Of a stretch of 64,000 nt of DNA, positions 13,354 through 25,187 are shown one piece after another. Source of the stretch: Chara braunii. Lineage: Eukaryota > Plantae > Charophyceae. Under the pieces are notes generated by a model that searched no databases, was not told the DNA's origin, and was given only the letters and a program-made list of their open reading frames with translations. Made by a program: the position numbers and the translations under genes. How positions within the stretch are numbered: the first letter of the stretch is position 1; the number at the start of each line of letters is the position of its first letter. Where the stretch lies: contig BFEA01000031.1 in NCBI GenBank assembly GCA_003427395.1, positions 4,433,602 through 4,497,601 of the forward strand, in the 5' to 3' direction.

Positions 13354-13446
13354 ACAGCCGGTATCATCGCGCGAACTATGGATCCAGGAGAAGAAGAAGA
13401 TGCAAAAGAAAGAGAAAGAAATGGATGGGGATGGGGATGGAGACGA

Positions 13447-15499
13447 TCAAAGGAAGTGATCGATCTCAGGATTAAGAGGGGGATGAAGGGGAGGGAGAAA
13501 GGCTGCGAGCGCAGCCAAGTTGGCCGACACCTCCACTTCGTTGAAGTGGTGCTGTACAAAGGAGGGGTAAAGAAAAGCCCCCGGCACGTGCGAGAGAACA
13601 CGTGGCACAAGATCGGCGATCGCCCGAATAATCCGTCGTCGCAGCGGGCGATTTCTTGGACCCGTCAGCACCAGATGGGTCTCCGTGTACGGCCTCCGCT
13701 CCCGCTTAACTGCTGCGAAGACCAGAATATGGTACATAATATTGAGTCGCCCGCCGGTCTCGTAGATGAGCGTGCCCACCATCCTCGCCGCTATACACCC
13801 GTCGAATGGAGGCTGTAAGAACGCCTCCCATGCCGGATCAGGACGCGGCGCCCCCTCGATGGCCTCAAGCCGGATGGTGGCCAGCTCCACCATGTGATCA
13901 ACATCGGTCTGACGGACCGTCCGGCTCGGAGGAACTGCTAATATCAATGACCGGGGTATCCCGAGGGGGTTGGCGAAATCGGAACGGTCCTGCGAGGAGG
14001 GGGGGTCTGGATGCGGGATATGGAACTCGTCCCAATCCCCCTCCTGCTCCTGATGGCCCAGCTCCATTGCTATTGAGATTGGGGAGGCGGGGCCGCTGAG
14101 GTGTCAGCTCCTGATGGCCTCTGGATCTCCACGGCCCTTCGGCTGCGCAGTCCTCCCCCGGCCGGGGCCCGATGATGAGGGTGGCGCTTCTCTCGGGAAC
14201 CAGATCGACTCTGCGCACCGGCGTAGGCTGGACAACCTCCTCGACAGGCCTCACCCGATTGTCTTGAGCTTCCGGCGATGGACTTCGTCGCCGCTTCCGG
14301 ACGGTCTTCTTTCTCGGTGCCTTCAGGGCCGTCGGCTTTGGATACGATGATGGAGGCCGCAGCGGCTTATCTTCGTTCACAAAGTCCACCACGGACTCTC
14401 CCTCGCGCGCCAGGTAATCAGGTATTACCGCCGCGTTATACGCTCTGCACGGGGCGGAGGCGGTCCACAGTCTGAGCTGCAGGTCTTCTTCCTCGGTGGT
14501 GATTACCTGCGCGATGGACAGCAGCTCGATGTGGATGAGTTGTAAGAGCCCCGACCAATTCGTCCTGATCCTCCCAAAATGATAAAGCGCCACCGTTCCC
14601 TCCTTCCGCTCCGGCTTCGGCTTGGTAAATACGTAGTATACGCACATAAATTCGCCGATGTTATGAACTTCGTGCTCCACGAAGAACGTAAACATGCCCA
14701 GCACCACCGATGAATACAGCGCCCGATGCAGCTCCCACGCGTCCTCGTCAGCGAGCGACAACTGCTCAACGTCCGTCAGCTCCACCAGTTACTCGGGGAA
14801 GTTGCGCATGGGGTAGGGGAGTTGCATCAGTTGGTAAGGGAGGGTAGTGTAAGAGAAGAAGGGAGGCATTTAGAGAGAAGGGGGAGGGACAGCTTGGATG
14901 TTGAGGGGCTCGGCGGGAGGGAGGAGCGTGGGGAGCTGCGGCACCAATGCAAGTGCTCCGTCCGGAGCTCGCCGCAGAAGTCCTTCGTATGTGGTGAAGC
15001 GATGGGTGCCCCTCGCCTGGACTCACGCCACCGATCTAGCCACCTGGAGAGCATATTCGCACAAGAACCTGTACGCTGGCTCCCGATCGTGCTTTGGCAA
15101 CATGGTTAAATCCCCGGTAAAGGTAGCAACGCTGTGCACGAAGTTTGACACTATCTGGATGGCTCGGAACTCGATGAACACTCGCGTGGACTCCTGACCG
15201 GGCACTGGCCATATGTCCACAAAGACGCCCGCGTACGTCACACGCTGCGCAAGGAGCGAGTACACCACCAAGTCAGCAACGTTGGGTGCCAACACGTTCA
15301 CCTGCTGAATGTCGAAGCGCAGCTGTCGATCGTCGTTGAACCGGTTCCACAAAAGAGCGTCCGAGATGGGCGGCTGGAAGTGCTCGAGCAATTCATGCTC
15401 CTGTTGGCGATGGTTCATCCTGCGAGACAAGGTCTTCCACGGATGCCGACGACGTCGATCGGAGAGAAGGGGAATAGGTAGACGAAGAAGAAGAAGCAA
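13447..15499 (-). pseudogene. Extra ORF(s) downstream of integrase, function unknown (15023-15499, 13898-14785, 13447-14067)
   Basis: About 2 kb of GC-rich, coding-like sense-strand frames between integrase and PPT, broken by frameshifts. Confidence 0.65.
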
Positions 15500-16600
15500 G
15501 AGAGAGGGAAGAAGAAGAAGATTCAGAAGGGACAGGTGGCCGCACGTGATTCAGCGATGGCCGAAAAGGCCGGAGAGCAGCAGCATGCCTCGTCAGCGGG
15601 CGGGCTTGCGAGTTGTGCCTGGGAACCAGCTTCACGGAGTGCTGGCCTTGTGCGCCAACTTCCGTCACCTCGTAAATGCCTGTGTAGCGTGAGTGGATCT
15701 TGGAGGAGCGCGCGGATTTCCGTACCTGCACCAAGTCCCGAACTTTATAGCGGGGTAGTGGTCCCGCGGACGCATGGCGGTTCTCGTAATCTCGGATCTG
15801 ACATTGATGCGTCCGATCCACGACCCTCTGTCGTCGTCGGGCTAGAGGGGGATAGGCCCTAGCCATTAAGTCCATGTAGTGACGGGCCTTATCTATGTGC
15901 TGGGCCCGGGTCGCTCTAACTTCCGTACCCACTAAGGGGGACAGTTGTACCCGAGGGAGACTATTGGTTCTTAGTTGAAATGGGGACACCCCGGTGCTGC
16001 CGTGTGGGGTAGCCCGATAGACGACCAAGATATGGTCGACAATGACAGGCCACGGCCGGGTGTCCCCAGCCGTGATGTTTCGTCTGAGAGCGGTCTTAAT
16101 TAGTCGATTGGCGTTCTCTACTAGGCCATTGGCTTGAGGCCAATGTCCCGGTGAGTATAAAATCTTGACGTCGGCCCTTACTAAGTGACGTTCTACTTCG
16201 CCTTGAAATTCAGACCCGTTATCCATGTGTACCTCTTCTACGTCTAGGTGCATGCACAAAAAGCGATTTATATACCAGGCTACTTCCACTGAGTTACGAC
16301 TAGTCATTGGATAGGCCTCGATCCACTTGGAAAAGTGATCAACGGCCACTAAAAGAACGTTGAGCTCCCCTTAATCGACGGGACCTTTCGGCACGTTGAT
16401 GTCCGTCGTATCGATACTGACCCACTGAAAGGGGCGTTCTACTCGAGTGGGCACCATTGTCCGCGCCATCTGTATTGGCGCCTTGTCAGCCGCACAGGCC
16501 GGGCAATTCTGGACGATGTATTTCACATCTTCCCGAATTCCCGACCACGGCGACCAGTACCATCCATTCTTTTCGATGGTTTTTTCCGTATACTTCATGG
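15393..16600 (-). pseudogene. Gypsy integrase (zinc-binding C2, DDE core, GPY/F-like C-terminus)
   Basis: IREDVKYIVQNCPAC, PFQWVSID, VDHFSKWIEAYP, HMDNGSEF, PQANGLVENAN, YRATPHGSTGVSPF, SRYTGIYEV. Confidence 0.95.
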
Positions 16601-17172
16601 GCTGCTCGGGTCCAATCGAACCTCGCGAGAGGGTGCGAAACCGTCATCCAGCTAGACCCTCCGTCATCATCGTCCTTTCGTTTTTGTAAGGTCGATTCCT
16701 GCCAACGGTAACCATGCGCCCATTCCGTGAGTGCCGTCGTTCGGCTTTAGTAAGTTCTGCCAGCGGATCGCCCTATAAGTCTTCTCAGTAACAGAAGATC
16801 CGTCCAGACTTCCACACGGCGGACACTTGGCAAAAATCCGTCGGTCGTCCGAGCATCTAGATACCGTTTCTCGGTAGGGACGTGGTCCATTCTAGAGTTG
16901 GGACAGACCCATTTCTTTTCACTCCGGTATCTAATGCAGTGTCCGTGGGACCGAACGATTCTACACTGGCTACATTGTACCCACGAAGAAAACTAGGCCC
17001 TCCCGGATGTGACCCTTCCCGATCCGTGATCATAAGTAAGGTGCAGAAGAAACAAGGATTCAGATGTGACCCAGAGGGGGAGGGGGAGTTGGGAATAGAA
17101 AAGTGAGTAGGAGATCCAGACGAAGGCGAGGAGGCGGCAGCTGCCATCTCTGGCGAGATCTCCATTTCGGAT

Positions 17173-17859
17173 TTATGCGGTGTTCTGGCGCAGCACGTGC
17201 AGTTCCCCGTAGCGTGGTTCCGTCGACGCTGGCTCCGGCTTCCACGGAATGAGTCGCTCGTGGGCGGGACACTCGTTGGGCAGCTGGAGGCACGTCAAAC
17301 CATCTGCATTTCCGTGTTGCCGAGTGGCGCGGTGACGGATGTCGAAGTCGTAGTCCTGCAGACGCACCGCCCACCTCCCCAGTGTTCCCGTGTAATTTAT
17401 GTTGTTGCGCAACGACAACAATGGCTGATGATCCGTCACGAGCACGGATTTATGGCCGTAGAGGTACGGTCGGAAATGCTAAATCCCCCACACCACCGCC
17501 AAACATTCACCTTTGCACGCTTCGTAGTTGGACTGCACTTGGCTCAGGGTCTTCGATGCGTATTTGATGACTCGCTCCTTGCCATCTGCTCCCTGTTGAG
17601 TCAGGACTGCTGACATCGCCTGCGGCTGCCAATCCGTGTGCAGGGCGAACGGTTTGGTCGGATCAGGTCTGGCCAGGATGGGCGCCGTTGTCAGGGTCTT
17701 TTTGAGCGCCCGAAAAGCCTGCTCACATTCCAATGTCAAGATCAACTGCTCTTCTTTCTTCAATAGATTCGTTAGAGGCTTCGCCACGTCAGCGAACCCC
17801 TGGATGAAATGCGGGTAGTAGGACGCCAGCCCTAGGAAGGCTCGAACCTGAGTAAGCGT
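17173..17859 (-). pseudogene. RT connection and RNase H of gypsy pol
   Basis: TQVRAFLGLASYY, LTTAPILARPD, ALHTDW, YASKTLS, GECLAVVWGI, VTDHQPL, RWAVRLQDYDFDI, HGNADGL. Confidence 0.95.
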
Positions 17860-18872
17860 TGTCGGGACAAATACCCTGACAAGGGTATTTGCCGGGGGTT
17901 TTCAACGTCGAACATCGTCCGACTTTTTCGTGGAGTTGAAGGACTTGATGAGATTCACGTTGCCAAAAGTTTATTCAGACCTGACCGCTAACTGAGAGAC
18001 TAAAAGATTTTAGAACCCTGGTGGGAAAGGCAGGTTGGGCCTGCTGACTGTAGGCTGGGCCTACTGGGAGTTGCATCTCTACATATACAAGAGGTGCAGA
18101 TCTAGCTCATATAATAGGAGCTAGCCCAGTAGGTTACTACGCAAGACTTTCGCCCAGCAGATACTAGGATAAAGCCCGAACGCACGCGCCCGACTGGGCT
18201 AGCCCCTTTTTGGAGCTGGCCGTTGGGGTTGGGGGCGCGGTCAATTTCGACCGCGAGATCTCGAGATCTCACGGTTGAAAACGACCGCGCAGACACTGCA
18301 TGGCCGCTGCACAAGGATGACACGTATAAATCAAGTAAAGAAAAAAATATATAAAAATAAAAATAAATAATAAAAATAAATAAATAAATAAATAAAAAAG
18401 AAAACAGCGCCACATGGCGGCCGAAGATGTGCCTGAGGGCACATAACCAGTAACCGTTGACATAAACCAACGGTTTTATTATTTGCAAAAAAAAAAAAAA
18501 AGCGTCAGATAGCGCTGTGGGAGGAAGATGGGGACTTACAGTCCCCAAAGGAAACGAGAGGCGCCTGTCGAAAATGAGCAGCCGCAATTTGGTTTCAATT
18601 TTCTTTTTATATTTTTTAGATTCTTTATTTTTTTAGATTCTTCCTTAGATTTTGTTTTTTTTTAGATTTTTTTTTTTTTAGATTCTTTTTTTTTTAGATT
18701 CTTTTTTTACGAGCTAATGGAGAAATGCCCGTTCGTCGAAAACGAACGGGCTGTACCGAGACTGTTTCGTCGGAGTTTCACCGACTCATCAGGAGGTTGT
18801 AGCCTCGATAGTCGGCCTAAGGGAGTGTGCGAACAAAATCGCACGAATCTACCCCTAAATATGGCGGGGTAC

Positions 18873-18910
<38 letters not shown>

Positions 18911-21900
18911 AAGGGTACCTACCTACCTACCTACTTACCTGGTTGGCCCCTCGTCGAAGACTCCAACGACACGATGAGCAAAATGGAATGAATCTTCCGC
19001 TAGAACATGGAAATATACACCCCCACATGTTGTCTTTCCTGTCCCCTCAATCGAATTCAGGGTCGGCGCCGGTTCATTCGAAGAAACGGGCAGCAGACTC
19101 AACTTCAGGTAAGCTTCTTGTTGTTTTCTTTTTAGTTTTTCTTTTACCTTCCCCATTTCGTGGCCATTAGACAGCAGAATATGGAGGAAAACGGGAAAAG
19201 GGGCAGAAACGAGGCAATCTGCCTCATGAAAAACTGTAAAAAAAAAAATAAAAAAATAAAAAATGAAACGAGGCAACTGCCTTGTGAAAACAAAAATGAA
19301 AAGAACAGCCTTTTTCAGGCTGTTTGGGATCAAACGCAGCTCCCCACCCACGAAGCCACAAATATTTGTGGCCGCGAGATTCAAGATCTCGCGGCTCACG
19401 ACGTGCGAGTGGGAATGGGGTTGTGGGAACTGGCTGGAAAAAGGAAGGAGGTTGGAGAAACGGGAGGATGGGAGGGGGAGGACCTACCTCTCCCAACCTG
19501 ACAACTGTCCTCCCCGCTTTCAGGGGACGGCAGAGGTAGAAGGGAGAAAAGGAAAAAGAAAAAGCCACGACCACGAATGTGGCCGAGGCTATGATCAGAT
19601 ACAGGCCAAACTGGCCTGAATGTGACTCAGGCCAGAGGGTGGGGAAATGAAGAGGTGGTGAGGGAAACTTGGCTGGAAACAGCCATTTTCCCGCTGAACC
19701 TGCATTTAGTATGGGGCTGAGTGCAGGGAAAAGGGAGAAAAAGAAGGGGGCAGTTGAGTACAACTGGCACCCTAAGTGTGTGGCTGAGGTGAGACAGCCT
19801 CAGTCCGTTGATCTGGCTCAGATCCACGGGCCCAGGCAAGTGATGAATTTTGCCTTGGGGCAGCTGAGGCTGCTGCTGCCCTCCTCAACGACTACAAAAG
19901 AGGCAGCTGTCCCCAAGCTGCCTCACACTTGCCTCCAGTTGCCAGTGTGTGACATCACACTTGCCTCATTGCTGGAGTGCTGGAAAGGAGGTAGGAGTGC
20001 TGCCGGCGGAGCTGGAGGACAGCAAAGGAGCGCCGGACAAGGAGGAGGGCAGCCATAGCCAAGGCAGGGACCACTCTGCTCCCCTCCCCTCTGGCTGGTG
20101 CTGGTCCCACGGGACGGACCCAGGGACTCTGCAGGGCTACGGCAGTGCGGCAAAGTGGAATTTGGGCCTGGGGCCCAAATTTTACTAATTTTTGGCCTGC
20201 CATTTTTCCACTTCGGTGGGGAAGTGCTGCCAAAATTGTACAGCGGCAGAGCGGCGTCGACGCAGGTTCTACGGCAGTGGTACGGAAGTGTTGCCGAACT
20301 TTTGCGGCGGCGACGCAGGTTCTACGGCAGTGGTGCGGAAGCGCTGCCGAATTTTTGTGGCAGCGGCACTAAGTTTGACGGCAGTGGTGCGGAAGCGCTG
20401 CCAAATTTTTGCGGCAGCGGCACTAAGTTTGACGGCGGAGGTGCGGAAGCGCTGCCGAATTTTTGCAGCGGCGGCACTAAGTTTGACGGCGGTGGTGTGG
20501 AAGCGCTGCCAAATTTTTGCGGCAGCGGCACTAAGTTAGACGGCGGTGGTGCGGAAGCGCTGCAGATTTTTTGCAGCGGCGGCACTAAGTTTGACGGCGG
20601 AAGCGCTGCCAAATTTTTGCGGCAGCGGCACTGAGTTTGACGGCGGTAGTACGGAAGCGCTGCCGAATTTTTTCACAACGACGACACAAGATTTACTGCG
20701 GTGACGATGGTTTTTTTTTTTGCATTGAGCGGCAACTCGGCATTGGCACAGTGAAGGTGCCGCTAGACTGGTGTATTTTGAGGTAATGTGGACTTGACGG
20801 TGCAATAACGTGGTGGCAGCGGAAGCAATTGGCAACGACACTTACAAAAAAATAAATGAGGGGGTGTTGTGGCAGGTGGTCGCAGCAAGAGAGTGGTGTC
20901 AATCAGTTTGCTGACGACTGGGGACGACTACCTTCTCATAAAAAAAAAACGTAATTCTATACGGCCTTCTTGAGTGTGCCGTACAACTTCACTCAAGGTC
21001 AGTGGTCAGTGGTCAGTAAGTGAATGACTCAGACTCCCTTCACACCTGTGTGCACCCACACATTGCTTGACCCTTTTGCTTTGAATGTTCAGGAGAAAAG
21101 GTTGAGTGGGATTGTGGGTGTCATGCATGAGTGAAAAGGTGGGTCTGACGTAAGTAGTGGGACTTTGCTCGTCTTCTTTTGGTTGTGTTGTTTGTGTGTT
21201 GTACAGGTAGGTAGACGGGTGTTTGCAAAGAAGATTGATCATGCCTATTTGAGGAAAGGAAAAACGATTATCTTCTTTTTTTTCACTTCTCACCTGCCTG
21301 AACGGCAAGAAGGTTTCCTTATTTTGAAATGTTAATTATGCAGTGTCAGTACTGTAAAAACGAATTCGATTGAAAGAAAGTAGATAAGGCTAAATCGGAC
21401 TTGGTCCTTTTCCCAAGGATTGACCCATTCTATCCCGAACGACCTTATTTACCTATACCTGTCCAAATTTTTTCATTTTTTTATCACCTCTATCACTTTT
21501 TCGTTTAAGGTACCCAAAACTTACGAAAAAGAAAACGGGAACAGTTAAAACCTGCTTGCGGTGAACACATGCTTATCTTTCAAGGAAGCATCTGGGGCGG
21601 GGGTTTGTTGCTTTAGGAGCCGACCCTGTTATCGACCCAGAGTGGACCGTTCTACGGGGGGTACTTTGCCGATTCGGTGGAGACGGCCCGACTTCTGAGA
21701 TCCGAGTCTTGTGCTCGGGTGAGGAGGAGGAGTACCCCAGACCACTTCCTAGAGGGAGAGGCATGCAACACCTCAAGCAATGCCGCTGATCAAGAACCAT
21801 CTACAAAACAGTTGTCATCCAAGAAGATTGAGAACGTACGAAAACAAGTGTGTGTGTGTTCAATCTTAGGTCGGCGGTAGGACATAATGAATAACTTTTG

Positions 21901-22693
21901 CAATGCATCTCATCAGGTCAAAACTAAGGCAACCGATTACCTTATCGGTTGCCTCAATGTTATTGTTGATAGCCAACTTCTTGTTGACGGTTGTATGGCT
22001 GTTTTGTGATATTCGACCCAAGGCGGTCGGATTGTTTTTTTGATATTTTGATGTTAAATGTATCAAATGATGATTTGAATTCTCCCAGTTATTAATCTCA
22101 ATTGGATGTATATTCTTATCAATTGTGGTCAACTCTTTTTGGTGTAATTATGTATAGTTGTTATAAATTTTGTTTGACGATGTGCCTAAGGGACTAGGAT
22201 AAATAATTGGGTTTCACGCTTGGTCTAGACCGCCCTAGTCGACCGGCGTACGCTTCGTACTTAGGAGATCAGCACCCTATGGAACAGACGATGTCCGGGT
22301 TCAATTGGCGTCTTAATCGGGCGTGCCTATACTACAGCGAGCGAGCAAACGCCCTCGGCCGACCCACCTGTACAATTGCATCTAAAAGCTTTCGCACGTG
22401 GGTCGGTAGCTCGGTAAGGATACGCCCCTAAGGGTGGTGACAACCCCTTAGGGAAGCAAGCTTATGCCCCACGGGAACCTATCCTGTCGTTGGGGACCAC
22501 GGGATGTACAGCTGGCGCACCCGGCTAGAGCGGCGAAGGAACGATGCGACCGCGACCGTCTCGACGGTCCGCAGGATTAATTATGCGTCATCCCTAAGTT
22601 GTCTCTATGGTTACTATTTAAACTCCTACGTGACATGGTCGGGAGGGCTCCCGCCTCTTTCAAAAGAAAAGGCGGCGGCCGATGCGCTCGACA
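17860..22693 (+). mobile_element. 4.83-kb solo LTR (family G1) inserted in pol, 4-bp TSD GCGT
   Basis: TGTCGGGAC...GCTCGACA flanked by GCGT at 17856-17859 and 22694-22697; removing it restores in-frame EAPAPVTLTQVRAFLG. Confidence 0.9.
20220..20675 (+). repeat. 54-bp tandem repeat inside the solo LTR
   Basis: Unit ggcagtggtgcggaagcgctgccgaatttttgtggcagcggcactaagtttgac, about 7-8 copies. Confidence 0.9.
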
Positions 22694-24068
22694 GCGTGAC
22701 CGGAGCTGGGGCTTCTTGTGCCGCTGCCACCTTCCTCGGATCCGGCTTTAGTCCGTCGGTCGTGACGATGTATCCCAAGAATGAGATTTCAGACAGAAAG
22801 AACTCGCTTTTCTCCAAAGCCACTTTGAACCCCGCATCCTTCAGTGCATGCAAAACCCACTCAACGTGTTCCACGTGGTACTCATGTCTTTTAGAAAAAA
22901 ACAAAATATTATCCATGTACACAGTCACACAGAAGCTGATCAGGGGCTGCGTCAACCGGGTTTTGTTAACGAACTCGGCAAAGGCCATGTTCATGACCCA
23001 CTGAAAGGTCGCGGGGGCGTTGCATATTCCCATGGGGCATCGGATCCATTGCCACGTGCCCTCGAATAAGACAAAAGCGGTTTTGGGCCGGTCTTCCCGT
23101 CGGACCGCGACGTGGTGAAAACCATGTCGAATATCGAACTTCGAGAAGACTAGAGCGGATCCGAAGGCATCGAGCAGATCATCGATCCGAGGCAACGGAT
23201 AGACATCCTTGGTGGTAATAGCGTTTAGCTTTCGGTAGTCAATGCACACACAGACCGATCCACTTCGTTTCGGCACAAGGCGCATGGGAAAGGAACAGAG
23301 CCCGAGTGAGGGTTCAACCCATCCCAAACGCTCGAACTCCCGTACCCTTTCCAGAGCCAGTTGTCTTTCCTTCAGGGAGTAGCGGTATGGTCGGCAGTGT
23401 ATTAGGATGTGATCCCCGGTATCTACAGCGTGTTTAATCAGGTGCGCCAGTCCGATATCGTGATCGTGGATACTGACCGCCTCGGGGTACGCCCGTATTA
23501 TTGCTAGCAAGAGACGCCGGTACTCGTCAGGCACATGGACCGGTAACTGAATATCGACGGTTCCTTTGGGAAAGGAAACCGTCGCGGTAACTGTAGGTAC
23601 CAACGCACCTTCCTCTGGTGAAGCGCCGAACAGGGAGTTGTCGGTTTTCACCGAGAGTACGGTTGCGATAAATTGACTGTCCGCCTGGCTGATTGGGTCC
23701 TTTTCGCCACCGTCTTCCAGTTCGATTTCGGTCGAGGGTTCTATCGAAAAGGCCTGGGAAAGTTTTGTCGGTCCCCATCGGTTTCCCGAGGATGTGGGTT
23801 GAAACGACACCCCTTCTTTCAGAAGAGACGCGGCCTTTGCATCGGTCAGAAAGGGTCGCGGCGGATTGAAAGACGGATCACACAGTCCTCGCAGCTCCAT
23901 AAAGCGTTCAGGGAGGGGGTCCGTTTGGAGATAGAGGGTCGCAGGGGGTTCCGAAAGGTCAGCTATTCGGGATACCCGCAACAATGGCTCACTCTTAAGG
24001 GTAGAGGAGTACACCTGGGACCACCTAGACCCACTTCGAGTATCGGAAGGGGAAGGCCTCGAAAACAA
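22694..24068 (-). pseudogene. Gypsy reverse transcriptase
   Basis: CIDYRKLNAIT, YPLPRIDDLLD, FSKFDIRHGFHH, PMGICNAPATFQ, VYMDNI (YMDD mutated), KSEFF, FLGYIV. Confidence 0.97.
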
Positions 24069-24080
24069 ATGCCACCGGTC

Positions 24081-25110
24081 CTAAACTCGGATCGAATAGC
24101 GGTCAGGTTTGTCCAACCCCTGGGTCTCAGCCGAAGATCCACTTTCGCTCGAAACTAACTGTCGAATCATATAGACTCGGTGAACTTCGGTGGAAATGCG
24201 AGGAACGAGTTGCGACCGTACATGTACAGCTGACCGCATCGGTATCGTTTGAGGTTTGGGGTGAGCCGATGTTAGCACCACTTTCGCTTTGTCAAAGTGC
24301 ATTCGAGCTCCAACTGCCGCCTGCCACGGAATTCCTAGGAGCACGTCATACGCTTCAACGGAAAAAATTCCTAGAATTAAATAATCATTCTATAGTGAAA
24401 TTATGTTCTAAATTTAAAATTTTCATTCCATCTTAAAAAATGTCATTCTAATTTTTAAATTTTCCATCTTACTTAAAAACTTTCCTTCTAACAATAGGGT
24501 GTCCCTTCTTATTTGAACTGCATGCTAGAGGTGGAATGAAAGTGTGGACGAGTTCATGAAATATTTTAATTGGACTGTCATTCTAAGTAAGGATTTCTAG
24601 TCATAAATAGGTTAATCCAATATAAATTAGAAGATATCTCTTGTAGTGGAATGAAAGTTTAATTAAAACATTTCATAAACTCGTCCAGACTTTCATTCCA
24701 TCTTGAACAAATAGATGTAGTTGGAAGGGAAAACTCATATTTAGACGGAATCTTACTAAATAAAACTGAAAATTTTAGAATTGGACAAACATTGGAATGA
24801 TAATTTATAAATATGAAGGATTTTTTTTTTATGGAATGTTTTTTCAACTTTCATTTCTCGTGGGAATTTTTCTGTTGTTGCACATCCAATACAATTGCAT
24901 CAAATAGACAATGCACCCGTCCAACCCGTATGGGCACGTTCGTGATTCGCCCCTTGCAATGAATATTGTCCTCCGTAGCCGACACATACAGTTCATCGGG
25001 TCGGAGAGGATGGACTTGCCCCTCCCGACCTAATCGTTTGGTTAGAGCCCACGAGATAGCCACGGCTGACGATCCGGAATCGAGGATGGCGGCCGAGGGA
25101 CTTTCCCAGA
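24081..25110 (-). pseudogene. Gypsy aspartic protease, split by a MITE
   Basis: AAILDSGSSAVAIS motif at about 25055-25095; VLDVQ|AYDVLLGIPW is restored when the MITE is removed. Confidence 0.85.
24356..24877. mobile_element. 522-bp AT-rich MITE, TIR CAAC(G/A)GAAAAA(A)TTCC, 2-bp TSD (TT)
   Basis: TIRs at both ends; internal TGGAATGAAAG motifs in both orientations; excision restores the protease frame. Confidence 0.9.
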
Positions 25111-25187
25111 CCTCGCAATCGCACTCGACACTCTTCCAAGTTATCGATTAGGCTCTAAGGAACACTTCGGGTTTATCCAAGGGAGGG

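Noticed and set aside
20098-20634. ORFs made of repeated peptides (also 37523-37889, 58549-59144, 40574-41038, 33698-34082, 62317-62888)
   Set aside because: These are by-products of tandem units with length divisible by 3, or of microsatellites, and are open on both strands.
22210-22693. Group I/II intron or RNase P identity for the conserved LTR block
   Set aside because: No domain V (AGC/CGC triad hairpin), P7 core or RNase P consensus motif is recognisable.
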